Positions 13,527 through 26,488 of a DNA stretch of 64,000 bases are shown here, piece by piece; the stretch's first letter is position 1, and each line of letters starts with the position of its first letter. This stretch comes from Octopus vulgaris. Its lineage: Eukaryota. The notes beneath the pieces are model-generated. The model was not told the DNA's origin. It saw only the letters and a program-made list of their open reading frames with translations, and did no database searches. The stretch lies in contig OX597816.1 of the NCBI GenBank assembly GCA_951406725.2, positions 130,944,001-131,008,000 of the forward strand, given 5' to 3'. Position numbers and translations under genes: made by a program.

Positions 13527-14601
13527 CTATCATTGTTCATGCGATTGTTGGTCCCAACCATCTTCAACTTTGTCCACATCTATTTTCTGCCCTTTCTTTG
13601 ACTCTCTCCGGTCACTTTTGCTATCTTTGTCGTTTGAGGAATCAGATTCTGCAAAGCCTATGAAAGTCTCAGTTTCTTCTGATGTGTTTTTGTTTTTGTT
13701 TTTGTTTAGTTTTTGCCTGTCCTGTATATCACGTGATACATTAGGCTGTCGATCCATTACTCAGCAATACTAGCCGGCATCATGAAGTTGCTGCAAGCTC
13801 ACCGATTTGTCTGGCCTAACATTTAGTCTTGTTATCATCAACTCTTTTAGAATGATATCGGTCATCCCAGTCTCTACGATGTTCAGCACCATGACAGTCA
13901 CCTCGATCATATATACCGACGCAGTTCATCAGTGTCGCTTTCCGAACACGATTCCGTTCTACACCTCTAGTCTCTTCATCAGTTTCTCGAGAGTCAGTAC
14001 AGATGTAAGAGACTTCTTAGTTCACAGACTGCATGTGACACACTTACTGCATGTATGATCGATACGAAATCATACAGGTCTGCGCCTTCTTGACCACACT
14101 ATCAACGCGAAAACATAACTCTGCTGAGAGAGGGGAAAACTCAGAACAGATTTCCTCCTCAATTTGACTATTTGATCCAAAATTCTCCAGGTGTCTTGTG
14201 AAAGTAGTAAAGGTCATGTGACGCGCTGAACTAAAACAAATTCAAGGTAATTTTTCGTTGGGCGTACCATTCGAAATATCCTGCAGATCGCATGCGACTA
14301 CAGTTTGCCTATGACTGTTCTAAATAATTCTTTCACAAGGATATCGATAGCATAGAAGTGGAACCATAAATAGTAGTTTTTATAGTCGGTTTATATCATG
14401 TTATTCGACAGATACTGCTGATTACGGTCCGTGTCTGCATGAAGTATGTACGAAAAGATGAAACCAGAAATTTGATCCGAACGCTTGCGACAGAATACAA
14501 CATTAAAACTATTCAATGATCAGGTAATGAAATCCTTAGAATTTCTCATTAAGTAAAATATCAGAGTTTAACTCATGCGTTGTCAATTTATGCGTGTATG
14601 C

Positions 14602-14664
<63 letters not shown>

Positions 14665-14769
14665 TGTGCGTGTGTATAAATATTGATTCTACCTGAGAAT
14701 TATGTTAAAGGTTCACATTTGTATGTATGCAAGTATGCATGTATGTATATATGTACGTATATGTCAGTC

Positions 14770-15240
14770 AATCCTGGGTTTGATTTTAAACTGCATCCGG
14801 GGCTCTAGTTCAGGAATTTCAGGTTTTTGAGGAGTGTGGAACCACCTCTTAGTCACTTTTGTTCCTAGATCTACTCTGATCCAGGGTCCCAGTTATGGGT
14901 TTATCAGCATATTAGGGCTTAGCTGCAAAAGCATGTGACGACTAGATTTGGCTTACTCGGTGGAAGAAATCTCGTGATTCAACAGAGAGTAAAACGAATG
15001 CAACATTGCATTGGGGCGGGGTGCAGAGAGCAAGATGAGTCAAGTAATACAGCTTGGTCTTCCACTGCATTTGCCTCCATCCCCAGTCGTCTGGGTCTGA
15101 TCTTTCCACTGGACTGAAGATGGTCACGGACGAGAGAGCGAGGCTATTAGTGCGCAACTCCTCTTTAAACAAAGTCACCGCGATTATCATTAGCCATCCT
15201 TCGACGATTAGATGACCCTCGTCACTTCCACGGACGAACA
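14770..15240 (+). mobile_element. Possible RTE-related non-autonomous retroposon fragment
   Basis: GC-richer island between microsatellites; resemblance to RTE untranslated sequence is from recollection only. Confidence 0.25.
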
Positions 15241-15621
15241 TGACAGACATACATATGTATATGCCTGTGTGTACGTGCGCGTATATACACATATATATGA
15301 GTCTTCTTTTCAATTCATATTAGTTTTCTAAGAAATAAAGTTCCATTACTATAAGTCTAATAAGTACAAGAGTAAAAATGATACGCGTTGGAATTTATAA
15401 ATATTTTATATATTTTCACTATTCTGCTTACACTGAGTTTGCAGAATACGGCGAATTGGAGTGCTTTATTATATACCTGTAAAACCCCAATTTTTCCAGG
15501 CTATTATTTTAGACACTTAGTAACACGACCAAGTTCAACAATGATTAAGGGTACGAATGTAAATTTATAATCTGGGAAAAGAAGTTTTATGTATGTATGT
15601 ATGTATGTATGTATGTATGTA

Positions 15622-15695
<74 letters not shown>

Positions 15696-15859
15696 GTTAT
15701 GTTATGTTATGTTATGTTGTTAGGTGTGTTTTCTGTACATGTATTGTAGTGAAAAGATGATATTAACTCGACAGACAACTCGACAATTCTGGTATAACGA
15801 GGAACAAGACGTGTCACACAATGAAAACTATAAGAATGAGAACATGAACAACAAGTGCA

Positions 15860-16620
15860 ACATCAACAACAATGGTGTCGGTGGTGGTGGTGGTGGTGGT
15901 GGTGGTGGTGGTCGTCGTCGTCGTCGTCGTCGTCGTACCGGTACTGGTTGGCGGTGGAGAGTAAGAGTGACGCTGGTGAATGTGGAGGTAGTTGTAGTGA
16001 GGATAGCAATGGTTGTCGTTGTAATTGCATCGTGTTGATAGTAGATAGTAGTTAACGATGGTGATGGTGATGGTAGTGATATTTATTTTGTAGTTAGCAG
16101 CAATATTAGTGTTGGTAGTGGTGATGGTGGTGGTGGTAGTAGTAGTAGTTTTGGTGGTGGTGGCGATGTTGGTAATGGTTGCATATATAAATGTAACTCT
16201 AGCAGTGTTGTTGGTAATAACGGTAGTGGTGGTGATACTGTGATAGTAGCGACAGTGATGGTGGTAGTAGTAGTGGTAGTGGTAGTGGTGGTGATGGTGG
16301 TGATGGTGGTGGTTGTGGTGGTAGTAGTAGTGGTGAGGATTGGAGTTGAGGTGGTGGTGGCGGTGATGGTGATGTTGGTGGTAGTGGTGGTAGTAGTAAT
16401 GGTGAGGACTGTGGTTGAGGCGGTGGTGGTTGTGGTAATAGTGGTGGTTGTAATGTAAGGAGGGAGGTGGTAATAGTGTTATAGTAGTGGTGTTGGTTTT
16501 GTGGTATTCGTAAATAAGGTTAGCAGCGGTGCTGGTGCTGGTAATGCTGATGATAAAGACGGCGACAGGGTCGTTGCTATAGTGGTATTAGTTAGTAGTA
16601 ATGATGATGGTGGGGGAGAG
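15860..16620. repeat. Degenerate (GGT/AGT/CGT)n triplet tract
   Basis: Read directly from the sequence. Confidence 0.9.
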
Positions 16621-16869
16621 GGAATAATGGTCAGCAAGGAGATATTTGGTGAAAGATGACGAAGACGCCAATGGCAGATGGTGAACGTCGTGATTGGGTT
16701 GGATATGGGAATAGTCGTCGAGCCCGAGATTGAGTTGGGTGAGAACATAGAAAGAACATGGAAAGAAAGAAAGAAAGAAAGGAGAGATAATGAAAAAGAA
16801 AGAGAAGAGAAGTATTTGTAAGAAGAAATAACATTGGAAGATTGAAACAAAGGAGAGAAGGAAGGAAAG

Positions 16870-16871
<2 letters not shown>

Positions 16872-16953
<82 letters not shown>

Positions 16954-16969
16954 CAAAAGTAAATAGACT

Positions 16970-17059
<90 letters not shown>

Positions 17060-17102
17060 CAAAAGTAAATAGACTGACAGACAGACAGACAGACAGACAG
17101 AC

Positions 17103-17177
<75 letters not shown>

Positions 17178-17340
17178 AACAAAAAGAAAAAAGCAATGGC
17201 GGAAGAAAAGACAAATGAGAACACTTAGAATTCATGAATGAAGGAATAACTGATGGAACGAGTGACGAACGAATACGTGGGTGAATGAACGCGTGAATGA
17301 ATGAATGAATGAATGAATGAATGAATGAATGAATGAATGC
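16872..17340. repeat. (AGAT)n/(AGAC)n with higher-order duplication, then (GAAT)n
   Basis: The interrupting spacer AGACAAAAGTAAATAGACTGACAG occurs twice (about 16951 and 17057). Confidence 0.9.
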
Positions 17341-17978
17341 CTGTTGCTCCTTACAAACGTAGACGAACACTTGGAAGAAATGAATGCGGTCACGTACGAA
17401 AATTAGTAAAACAATATACAAAGTAAAGTCATGTGACATATGAATCAACACGATAAAGTTCGCCATCTTAGTTACTGGTAACAGTTTTCTTAATGAGACA
17501 ATACAACTGTTAATTGCAGTCGTCTGGTACCAGTGATTAACGTGTGCATATGTGAATGTGTATATCTGTGTATTTATTCAATTATTTATTTATTAGCGAT
17601 TCAAGAGCAAACAAGCTAATTTTTTTGTTTTAAGGAAGTTAGGAAAGACGCATTCAATTTCCAATAACCGGGTCCCTGTCAATGCGTTGCTGTATCCGCC
17701 TTCCTCTCTGTTGAATCATAGAGTTTCTTCTACAGAGTCTGCCAAACTCGTGAGATTTCTGAATGACTCGCCTAAACAAAAATTAGCTTGCCTTTTTTCC
17801 TGTCTTTTTTTTAATATATATTTTTTTATAGCAATGATAAGCCATGTTTCATGCGGCCCGTTTTTCGAAAAGGGTGGACCATACCTTGGTTAGAAGAAAG
17901 GACTTTACCTATAACCTTGTAGGTCCTCCGAGACCGGTAATCTTGGCGCTGTTAATGTTCCATTTTAAATTGTTGCAG

Positions 17979-18071
17979 GTCGCCATGTGCATGTACAATA
18001 TACAGGAAGAAGATTCGAGATGGCCAATGTTCTTGGAAGAAGAATGAAGGATAATGCTCATTGCGAAGACG
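17979..18071 (+). other. Candidate 93-nt internal exon (RHVHVQYT-GRR-FEMANVL-GRR-MKDNAHCED)
   Basis: Acceptor-like TTTTAAATTGTTGCAG, weak donor G|GTGTGC, open phase-1/phase-1 frame with two GRR motifs; no partner exons found. Confidence 0.2.
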
Positions 18072-18380
18072 GTGTGCCTGTGTCTATGTGGGTTTGCATG
18101 CGTTTTTTTTGGGTTTTTTTTTTGCGCATGCTAGGGTGTCTGTGTATGTATATCTGTGCGCATGTGTGCGAAGGGCCTATACGAGATGGAGCGGTCAACT
18201 GCTACATCGTTCGGGAGAGAAAGAGTCAAAAAGGGGACCCATAAATATCTGACGGGTTATTCCCTTTCTGCCACCACTCCCCTTGAATTTTGTGAGGAAT
18301 GCTTCATCTCATTCTACTACGAGGCTCCTCGAAAGCAGTATTGTTTCACCTCCCTAACTTTCTCTCGTCTGGAGCGCACG

Positions 18381-18451
<71 letters not shown>

Positions 18452-18944
18452 GTATGCGTATGCAGTCATATGTAAATACGTGCATTTAATGGTACAAGTA
18501 TGAGAAGGGCAGTGTTTATAGTTGAAAATTTCACTGCGTGCGTAAGAGGTAGAAAGGGAGAAGTGGAAGAGAATGTGTGCATGTGTGTGCATATATACAT
18601 ATAAGTGTGTGCGTGTGTGTCTGTGTGTGTATGTGCATGTGCGTGTGTGTATATGGAGTGTAAGTGTGTGCTCGGATGCGTGTGTGTCTATTCATGTGTA
18701 TTGTATGCTAGCGAATTGGCTGAAGATTGCCTGCAGATGTCGTTCACATCTGTAACTTTTCTATGCGTGTATGTATTTGCACAGGCACTGATTGAGTTAT
18801 AAGTTAAATATTATGTATTCTCACAAACAACATTCTCTTTCTCTCCCACCCTTTCTTTATCATTCTACACACATAAAAAATATGCATAAACACATACACA
18901 CATGTGCATACATATATGAAAAAACATATACATACATAAACATA

Positions 18945-19190
18945 GGCCCAGGAGTGGTTTTATGGTTTTGGGTTCAGTCCCACTATGTGGCACCTTGGGC
19001 AAGTGTCTTCTACTATTGCCTCGGTATTTGGTAGACGGAAGCTGAAAGCTCGTCGTATATATGTGTGTGTGTGTGTGTGTTTCTCCCCCAACATCACTTG
19101 ACAACCGATGTTGGTGTGTTTACGTCCCTGTAACTTAGCGGTTCGGCAAAAGATACCGATAGAATAAGTACTAGGCTTTCAAAGAATAAG
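18945..19190 (+). mobile_element. SINE family B, 3'-truncated
   Basis: GGTTCAGTCCCACT...CCTTGGGCAAGTGTCTTCTACT...GATAGAATAAGTACTAGGCTT. Confidence 0.85.
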
Positions 19191-19231
19191 TTATATACAC
19201 GTATGTATATGCATATATATTTATATGTGTA

Positions 19232-19273
<42 letters not shown>

Positions 19274-19450
19274 TATAGATATAGAAATAGATATATACAT
19301 ATATTTATACATATATATACATACATACATACATACATACATACATACATACATACATACATACATACACACATACATACATACATACATACATACATAC
19401 ATACATACATACATACATACATACATACATACATACATACATACATACAT

Positions 19451-20005
19451 AGATGGTGGCTGCCCCCTCGTTATCGAGTATGGCCATTGCACGAAGCTTA
19501 ATCAATGTTGTTATCGTGCAATGCCTGTGCAAGAAAATTTTTTTATAAAGTGAGGAAAGGCTGTGCACTGAGTCAATCCCACTCACTAAGCAACAGCAGC
19601 AATAATCCGAAAAGAACAAGTCAACATCATCGGTAACCACCGAGCCGCAGGTTTTATGTCAGAGTTATCCCAGCTACCTGAGTTACCTTCTCCTAGAAGG
19701 ATGCCCTAACAAAGGCTAGGAGTCCTTCACTCCCAATGGTTTAACCGCGCGATCGGTTATTCAGTCCGATTATTTCTATGTCCCCGCGCATGATACAGCC
19801 CTAAGACATTTATTGGATGGCCATTGACTCTCAAGAGTTCCTCCGCCCTTTGGCGGGTTGTGTTTTTCATCCCACAGGGTGACCAATAAAGACCCTCCTC
19901 ACCAAGCAAGCTTGGTGGGGTTGACGGTTTAGTCACCGACGACCCGACCATGCAACAGGTTCTACTGGGTTACATGTTACCAGTAGCACTCGAAAGTGAC
20001 CTGAC
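19451..20005. mobile_element. About 555-bp non-autonomous element embedded in (CATA)n; possibly RTE-derived
   Basis: Complex GC-richer sequence bounded on both sides by (CATA)n; GAGTTACCTTCTCCTAGAAGGATGCCCTAACAAAGGCTAGGAG resembles RTE 5' regions (recollection). Confidence 0.5.
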
Positions 20006-20767
20006 ATACATACATACATACATACATACATACATACATACATACATACATACATACATACATGCATACATACATACATACCTACATACATGCATGCATA
20101 CATACATTAGATATGCACATATATGCGTACGTGTAAAAGATACACGGCCGAAAGTTAAGAAATTCAATTAGCAGCCACGAAGTACTGCGTTTGGTCTCAC
20201 TGTATGACATTTTGACCAAACGGCGTTTTCTGTATCTTCGAGTCGTCCTATATTATGTAGGCGGAAACCGTAGAGAAGTCCGTCGAATGGATTGTACTTG
20301 GAATCCAAAAGCTACACCCTTGTTTCATACTCAGTGTCACATTGATTTTCTTTGAGAATGACGTCAAGATAACAAGTGCCTGTAGAATATACAACCACAT
20401 ATACGAAAATCCAGGAGCAAGATTCAGTCGATCAAAATACTAAAATCTCATCACCAATCAACCCCAAATTTACACGCTATTATTTATAGCGTTATCTGCT
20501 TCAAAATTCACCATTCCGAAAAGTGAAATATTTTACGTTCTTATAGTGTCCAGATTCTCATTAGATAATAATTAAGAAACTTTTATCCGTTACCTCCTGA
20601 ATCTGTGTATTTATTTCGAAGACCTGCATAGTTTCGCGTAAGCGTACATTTTCATCCAACACTAATACCAGTATTTCTAAGCGAACTGTTTGAAGAATTG
20701 TAGATATCCTTCCAACATGAAACCATTCGTACTTTTGTGAATCCACGAAAATGCGTGTGTTTACGCG

Positions 20768-20821
<54 letters not shown>

Positions 20822-20822
20822 T

Positions 20823-20904
<82 letters not shown>

Positions 20905-21201
20905 AAAATACACTTTATTTGAAATACAATTTCCCGAAAATTAAACATATCTAATATAATAAATGTGAATGTCAGAATGTCAGTGTGTCAAAGAATTAAA
21001 AGATCCAGGCAGATATATATAAAGCATTCAGTGTTAAACAAATTTGGTTAACTATATCCAACAATCAGATATCAATAAATGCAAGTAGAATAAACATCCA
21101 AGTTAATTATTCATGTATGACAAGTGAATCCAAATATCGTTTAGAAGAATTTCAATAAATTTGGTTTTAATAGGCAGCAAAAAATAGGCATGAAGAAAAT
21201 G

Positions 21202-22119
21202 ACACAAATACAAATAACAGGACATAACAACGGGTGTCTTTCGACTAAGGACGAATTAAATTAAGCTGACATGTGTGGGAGTAAAGCCTTACGGCTGGGA
21301 CATAAGATTTGACAGGCACAGGGAGGAATATAGATGTTGCACGGATGGTGGTCGAACCAAGGAAGAAAGCTCAGGCTTGGCCGAACACCAGTCATGTGGA
21401 GAGAGAAGAGAGAGAGAGGTAGAGGCAGAAGGATAGAAGAATAAAGGAGGGGGTGAGAAAAAATGAAAGGGACAGAGTGAAGTGAAAGAGGGAAGGTGAA
21501 CATGAGGAGAAGGCCAGGAAATGTGAGAGAGAGGGAAAGAAAGAACAAAGAGTGGAATGAACGAAGTGTGAAGGGACTGATAGAAAGAAGGAAAGGGTGA
21601 AAGAATAGAAAGAATAATAGAGTCGTTCGAAATTTAGATATATATATATATATATATATACTTACATATAAGAGACCAAAGAGTACGTACGCTGCTATAT
21701 TTTTATATATAAAAAATACAAAAATGGGACAAGAACACAAAACATCCAGACAGTTAGGTGATACAAAAAAGGGACAACAAAACATCCAGACAGACGATAC
21801 AAAGAAAACAAGGACGAGTTATTCGGAGTTTTTCCTCAGTCGAGTTCCAGATTATCTTTGCATTTTCGGCTGGTTATACTCGAGATTGCTCCAATTTGGC
21901 CAGCCCCAAGAAAAAACTAAGCTAAGGACACTAGATTCCTTGGAAGAAAGCAACGAATGTATACGAAAACAAGGACGAAAAAAAACGGAGAAATGGTACA
22001 CAAATACGAATAACAGGACATAGCGACGGGTGTCTTTCAAATATGGACGAATTAAATTAGCTGGCGTGTGTGGAAGTAAAGCCTTACGACAGAGACGTAA
22101 GTTTTGACAGGCACAGGGA

Positions 22120-22125
<6 letters not shown>
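21202..22125. mobile_element. Element with about 130-bp direct repeats, probably Penelope-type termini
   Basis: ACACAAATAC(A/G)AATAACAGGACATA...TTTGACAGGCACAGGGAGGA occurs at 21202-21330 and 21998-22125. Confidence 0.55.
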
Positions 22126-22155
<30 letters not shown>

Positions 22156-22271
22156 GATGGGATCCATTTAATTTCCGTCTACGAATTCCATTCACAAGGC
22201 TTTGGTCAACTGAACCCGGAACCATGTTTTTGGGATGCAAGCTTCTTATCACACACCCACGCCTTTCTATG

Positions 22272-22304
<33 letters not shown>

Positions 22305-22348
22305 ATACATATATATATATATGTGTGTATATATATATATATATATAA

Positions 22349-22427
<79 letters not shown>

Positions 22428-22901
22428 ATACATATATATATATATACACATACATATATATATTTTTCATATAAAATTAGTGTACATTTAAGCACAAAAG
22501 AAGTGACCCCAACAGGACATCTTACATGCTAGAAAAACAGTCAAAGTCCAAGTTAAGAGCAATTTCGAAGGGAATGAAAAATAAAAACATTTACAATAGT
22601 TACCATCCGTGCCTAGGTTTCGAACATTAATGAACAAATAGAATAATTTGTTAGGCGAGTTCTCATCAGCGGGGGCACCAAAAATTAACATATAATAATG
22701 AGACAAATAGCACATGTCCCATCTATTTTATACATGCTAGCCACTGGTAGAAAAATTTCTATAATTTTTCCTACCCTGTATATTTTCATACATATATATC
22801 TTTATATAAGAAAGAAAAGAAATGTAAGAGTCACAGAAAGTTTGCATATTAAAATTTATGGTGATATTAGGATCATATTACATCATTACAACATTACAAA
22901 T

Positions 22902-22946
22902 TATATAAGTACCGGTTTCACGATCAAACGATTTTCAACTTATATA
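22902..22946 (-). ncRNA. Minimal type I hammerhead-ribozyme-like motif in a Penelope 3' region
   Basis: Minus-strand RNA: UAUAUAAG-UUGAAAA-UCGUUUGAUCGU-GAAA-CCGG-UA-CUUAUAUA. 8-bp helix I, palindromic helix III, U3/A8 in place of C3/G8, weak helix II. Confidence 0.55.
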
Positions 22947-23200
22947 CAGAAAACTTTTTTGCTGTCAATAGGACGCCATCTTTGAAAAAAAATGAACAGA
23001 GATGAAGCAATATGTCAAGGGGAGCAACTCTTATTTGTTCATGAAGCTCTTCAGTGTTTTTGGCAAGCATACAGTTAGAGGAGACATTTCATTTTATACA
23101 GTTATATTAGCGTACTAGGTTTTAAAGATTAAGCAGTAATGTGTGAATGAGTGTATATACATATATTTTATGCTCTAACATCTCATTTTCTCTCTTGCAA

Positions 23201-23264
<64 letters not shown>

Positions 23265-23506
23265 TATTAACAGTAATGTATACTTAAAAATTGTGGTTGG
23301 CATACATATATAACTTTTTTATATATGTTGAAATTCCATAATTGAATAAAATAAATCAGTCCAATAGAAAGTGAAAGATAAAGGATTTGCCAAGATATGA
23401 ATACTTTCTTCATAAGAGTCATGTCGGACCTCTCATGACTCAGGTTTGAATATGAATGGGTGTCAAGTAATTAAGTCAAGTAATTAAGTGACAATTAGTA
23501 ATGCAA

Positions 23507-24327
23507 TTAAAATGAATTGGTGTTTAGTTCAGATTTGTATTTTTGGATGAAATATGTCTCTTTATTGAGTTGGGCTTGTGTAGAAGTCCAGTCAGCAAAT
23601 TTATATAGAGAGAAAGTGGTGAATTTAGGTTGTATTTGTTTCGTACATACGTCGATATGTTCACTGAGATAAATTTGACGGTATTTTGGCGAATCTATCT
23701 GTTAATAATGCAGCGTACAACGGTAACGGTTAGAATTCCTCGCGCTACCGATATAGTCTTTCTGGCAGCCCGAGCATCTGATTACGTAGATCAGATTTTC
23801 GGATGTACAAGTGAAATTTGATTTAATTGTAAAGTGTTGCACTTGTTTAAAATAGTATTCTGACCCTCCCAAAAGGTTGGGGCATGTACCACAGTTGGGA
23901 CGATTACATTTATTTACTTTGGGGTTTGTTGTAGAGGGGAATATTTTTGCATTAGCTAGCAGTTTCTCTATTGACTTAGGTTGTTTGATGCTTTTGACAA
24001 TTTTACTGTCACGTAAAATTCTTTTTAGTTTTGGGTCCTAGTGTAGTATTGGTAGGTTTTGCATGACTGTGCTGAATGCTTCTTTGTTTCTGGGGTTGTA
24101 TGTGGAAATGTAGGGTAGTGTTTTAAGGAGAGGTTTGTTAATATCTTTGGTTTTTCTTAATATCTCGGTGTTGATAGATTTGGCACGTTTTATTCCTTCA
24201 TTAATGAGTTGGATTGGGTAGTGTCTATCCGGGAGGACGTTTTTCAGTACTTGTAGTCTTAAATTTCTAGTTTTTTTTTTCTGAGACAATAGTGCAGATT
24301 CTTCTTGCAAAGTTGAAGGGGATGTTT
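23507..24327 (-). pseudogene. Penelope-like element: RT thumb, CCHH-type linker and GIY-YIG endonuclease, decayed
   Basis: Manual translation: HYPIQLINEGIKRA..LPYISTYNP..CNRPNCGTCP..FTCTSENLIYVIRCSGCQKDYIG..LSEHIDVC..KETYFIQKYKSELN; in-frame stops and a frameshift. Confidence 0.9.
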
Positions 24328-24770
24328 ATATATATATATATAATATATGCTGTATATTGGGACATGCAAAGAATCCTCGAACTATTAGTCATTATGAAGC
24401 ACTGATTTATCAAATTCCTAAAATTACACCTTTGCATAAGAAATATATTGAGTTCTCCTTAGTCGTACGTAGCGCTCTAAACTTACATTTATATGTGTGA
24501 GCGTGACGTGTGTGAGTGTGTATGCGTGTGTGTGTGTGTGGGGGGGTACGTGCGTGTCGGTGCGCGCGCGCGCGTGTACGTGTGTGTGTGTATCTGCTTG
24601 ATTAAATCAATCCGTAATCGTATAAGCATTTATATTTTCAGGAATGCATGCATATTCACGCACACCATCACTCCTTCATGTTTTCTCTGTGTATATGTGT
24701 GTGCACATTTTTGTATATATACATACATGCATACTTACATACATATATATATGTGTATATATATATATAC

Positions 24771-24819
<49 letters not shown>

Positions 24820-24937
24820 TGCGATCGTATGAAGTATGGGTGGAGGGAGAAACATATTAAAATTTAATTTCCTGTTACTCTTCCTATGCAATCCCATAAA
24901 GCAGTAATTATTTCGTTAAGCAAGCCGTTACATGCAT

Positions 24938-24990
<53 letters not shown>

Positions 24991-25133
24991 TAGATAGATA
25001 GATATATATACATACATATATATATGCATGTGTATATATGTGTATGTATATATATACATATATATACATACATATATATATGTATATGTATATATGTGTA
25101 TGTATATATATATATTTCTTTACTACCCACTTA

Positions 25134-25164
<31 letters not shown>

Positions 25165-25682
25165 ATATATATATATGCATGCATATATACATGTCCATAC
25201 ATATATGTATAAATGGTGTGTACCTTATGTAACAATGACGTATTCCTGTATGCGTGCATTGCATGCAGGAATGTGTTCTCTCTCCCCATTCAAGAGTGAC
25301 CCTCATGTTTTTTGAGTTTGTATGAAACCACATGCCTATAAACATACGCACACATGCACGCAGATACGTACACACAAACACACACACACACACACACACT
25401 TACATACATGTGTGTGTGTGTACCCGTATCTACACATAGCCATATATACACATATACGTACGGATATATGCAGAAGTCTATGTAGCTGCTTGACAGCATT
25501 CAACTTATGCTAGTATATGTACACCTGCCTTCAAATCGTAAAACAAAACCACGAGCCAACCAAAGAGCTCCCATGAGGTCATGAAACCGGCTGGAAACTT
25601 CAGTAACGTCTAGAAGAAAAGCTGGAACCTTCAATCATGATTTGCTTAGAGCTTAACAGAAACAACAGCTACAAGATTAATC

Positions 25683-26488
25683 ATTTCTATTATAGGCACA
25701 AGGGTAGAAATTTGAGTGGGAAGGGGCAAGTCGATTACATCATCTTATTTTATCGAACCCAAGAGGATGAAACGCAAAGTCGACCTCGGCAGAATTTGAA
25801 CTCAAAACGCAAAGGCGAACAAAACATTTTGTCCGGTGTGCCAACGATTCTACCAGCTCGCCGCAACAAGAATATTCGTTTCAGATTTTGGCGCAAGGCA
25901 AGCAAGTTCTGGAGAGAGGCTAAATCAAGTACATGGACCCCAGTGTTCAACTGGCATTTATTTTATCTACCCCGAAAGGATTAAAGACAAAGTCGACCTC
26001 GGTAGAATTTGAACTAAGAACGTAAAGGCGGACGAAATGTCGCTAAGCATTTCGTCTAGTGTGCTAACGATTCTACCAGCTTACTGCAACAACAATAATG
26101 ATTTCAAATTTTGCACAAGGCCAGCAATTACATAACCCCCTCCCCCCTGTACTTAACTAGTACTTATTTTATCGACCTTTAAAGGATGAAAGGCAAAGTC
26201 GCCCACGGTGGAATTTGAACTCGGAGCATAAAAACGGACGAAATGCCGCTAAGCATTTTCGCCCGGCATGCTAACGATTGTGCCACCTCACCGCCTCTAT
26301 TATAGGCAAAAGGCCTGAGATTTTGCGGGAGTGAACTAGTCGATTACATCGATCCCAGTGCTTGACTGGTACTTACTTTATCAACCCCGAAAGGATGAAT
26401 GAGAAAGTCAACCTCGACGGAATTTGAACACGAAATACCGCTAAACATTTCGCCCGGCATGCTACCGATTCTGCCAGCTTGCCACCTT
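25683..26488 (-). mobile_element. Array of four SINE family A copies
   Basis: Four successive AGGAT(G/T)AA...AAAGTC...GAATTTGAAC units; GCAACAAGAATAAT-like motif at 25668, 25863, 26086 and 26492. Confidence 0.9.

Noticed and set aside
13380-14130. Acidic/basic ORF 13530-13757 and adjacent complex sequence as a host exon
   Set aside because: No splice or domain support; faint LINE-like residues (EKLMKRLEV) suggest a decayed retroelement, too weak to annotate.
21812-21845. Minus-strand CUGAGGA...CCGAA as a hammerhead
   Set aside because: GAAU replaces GAAA, and helices I and II cannot be formed convincingly.
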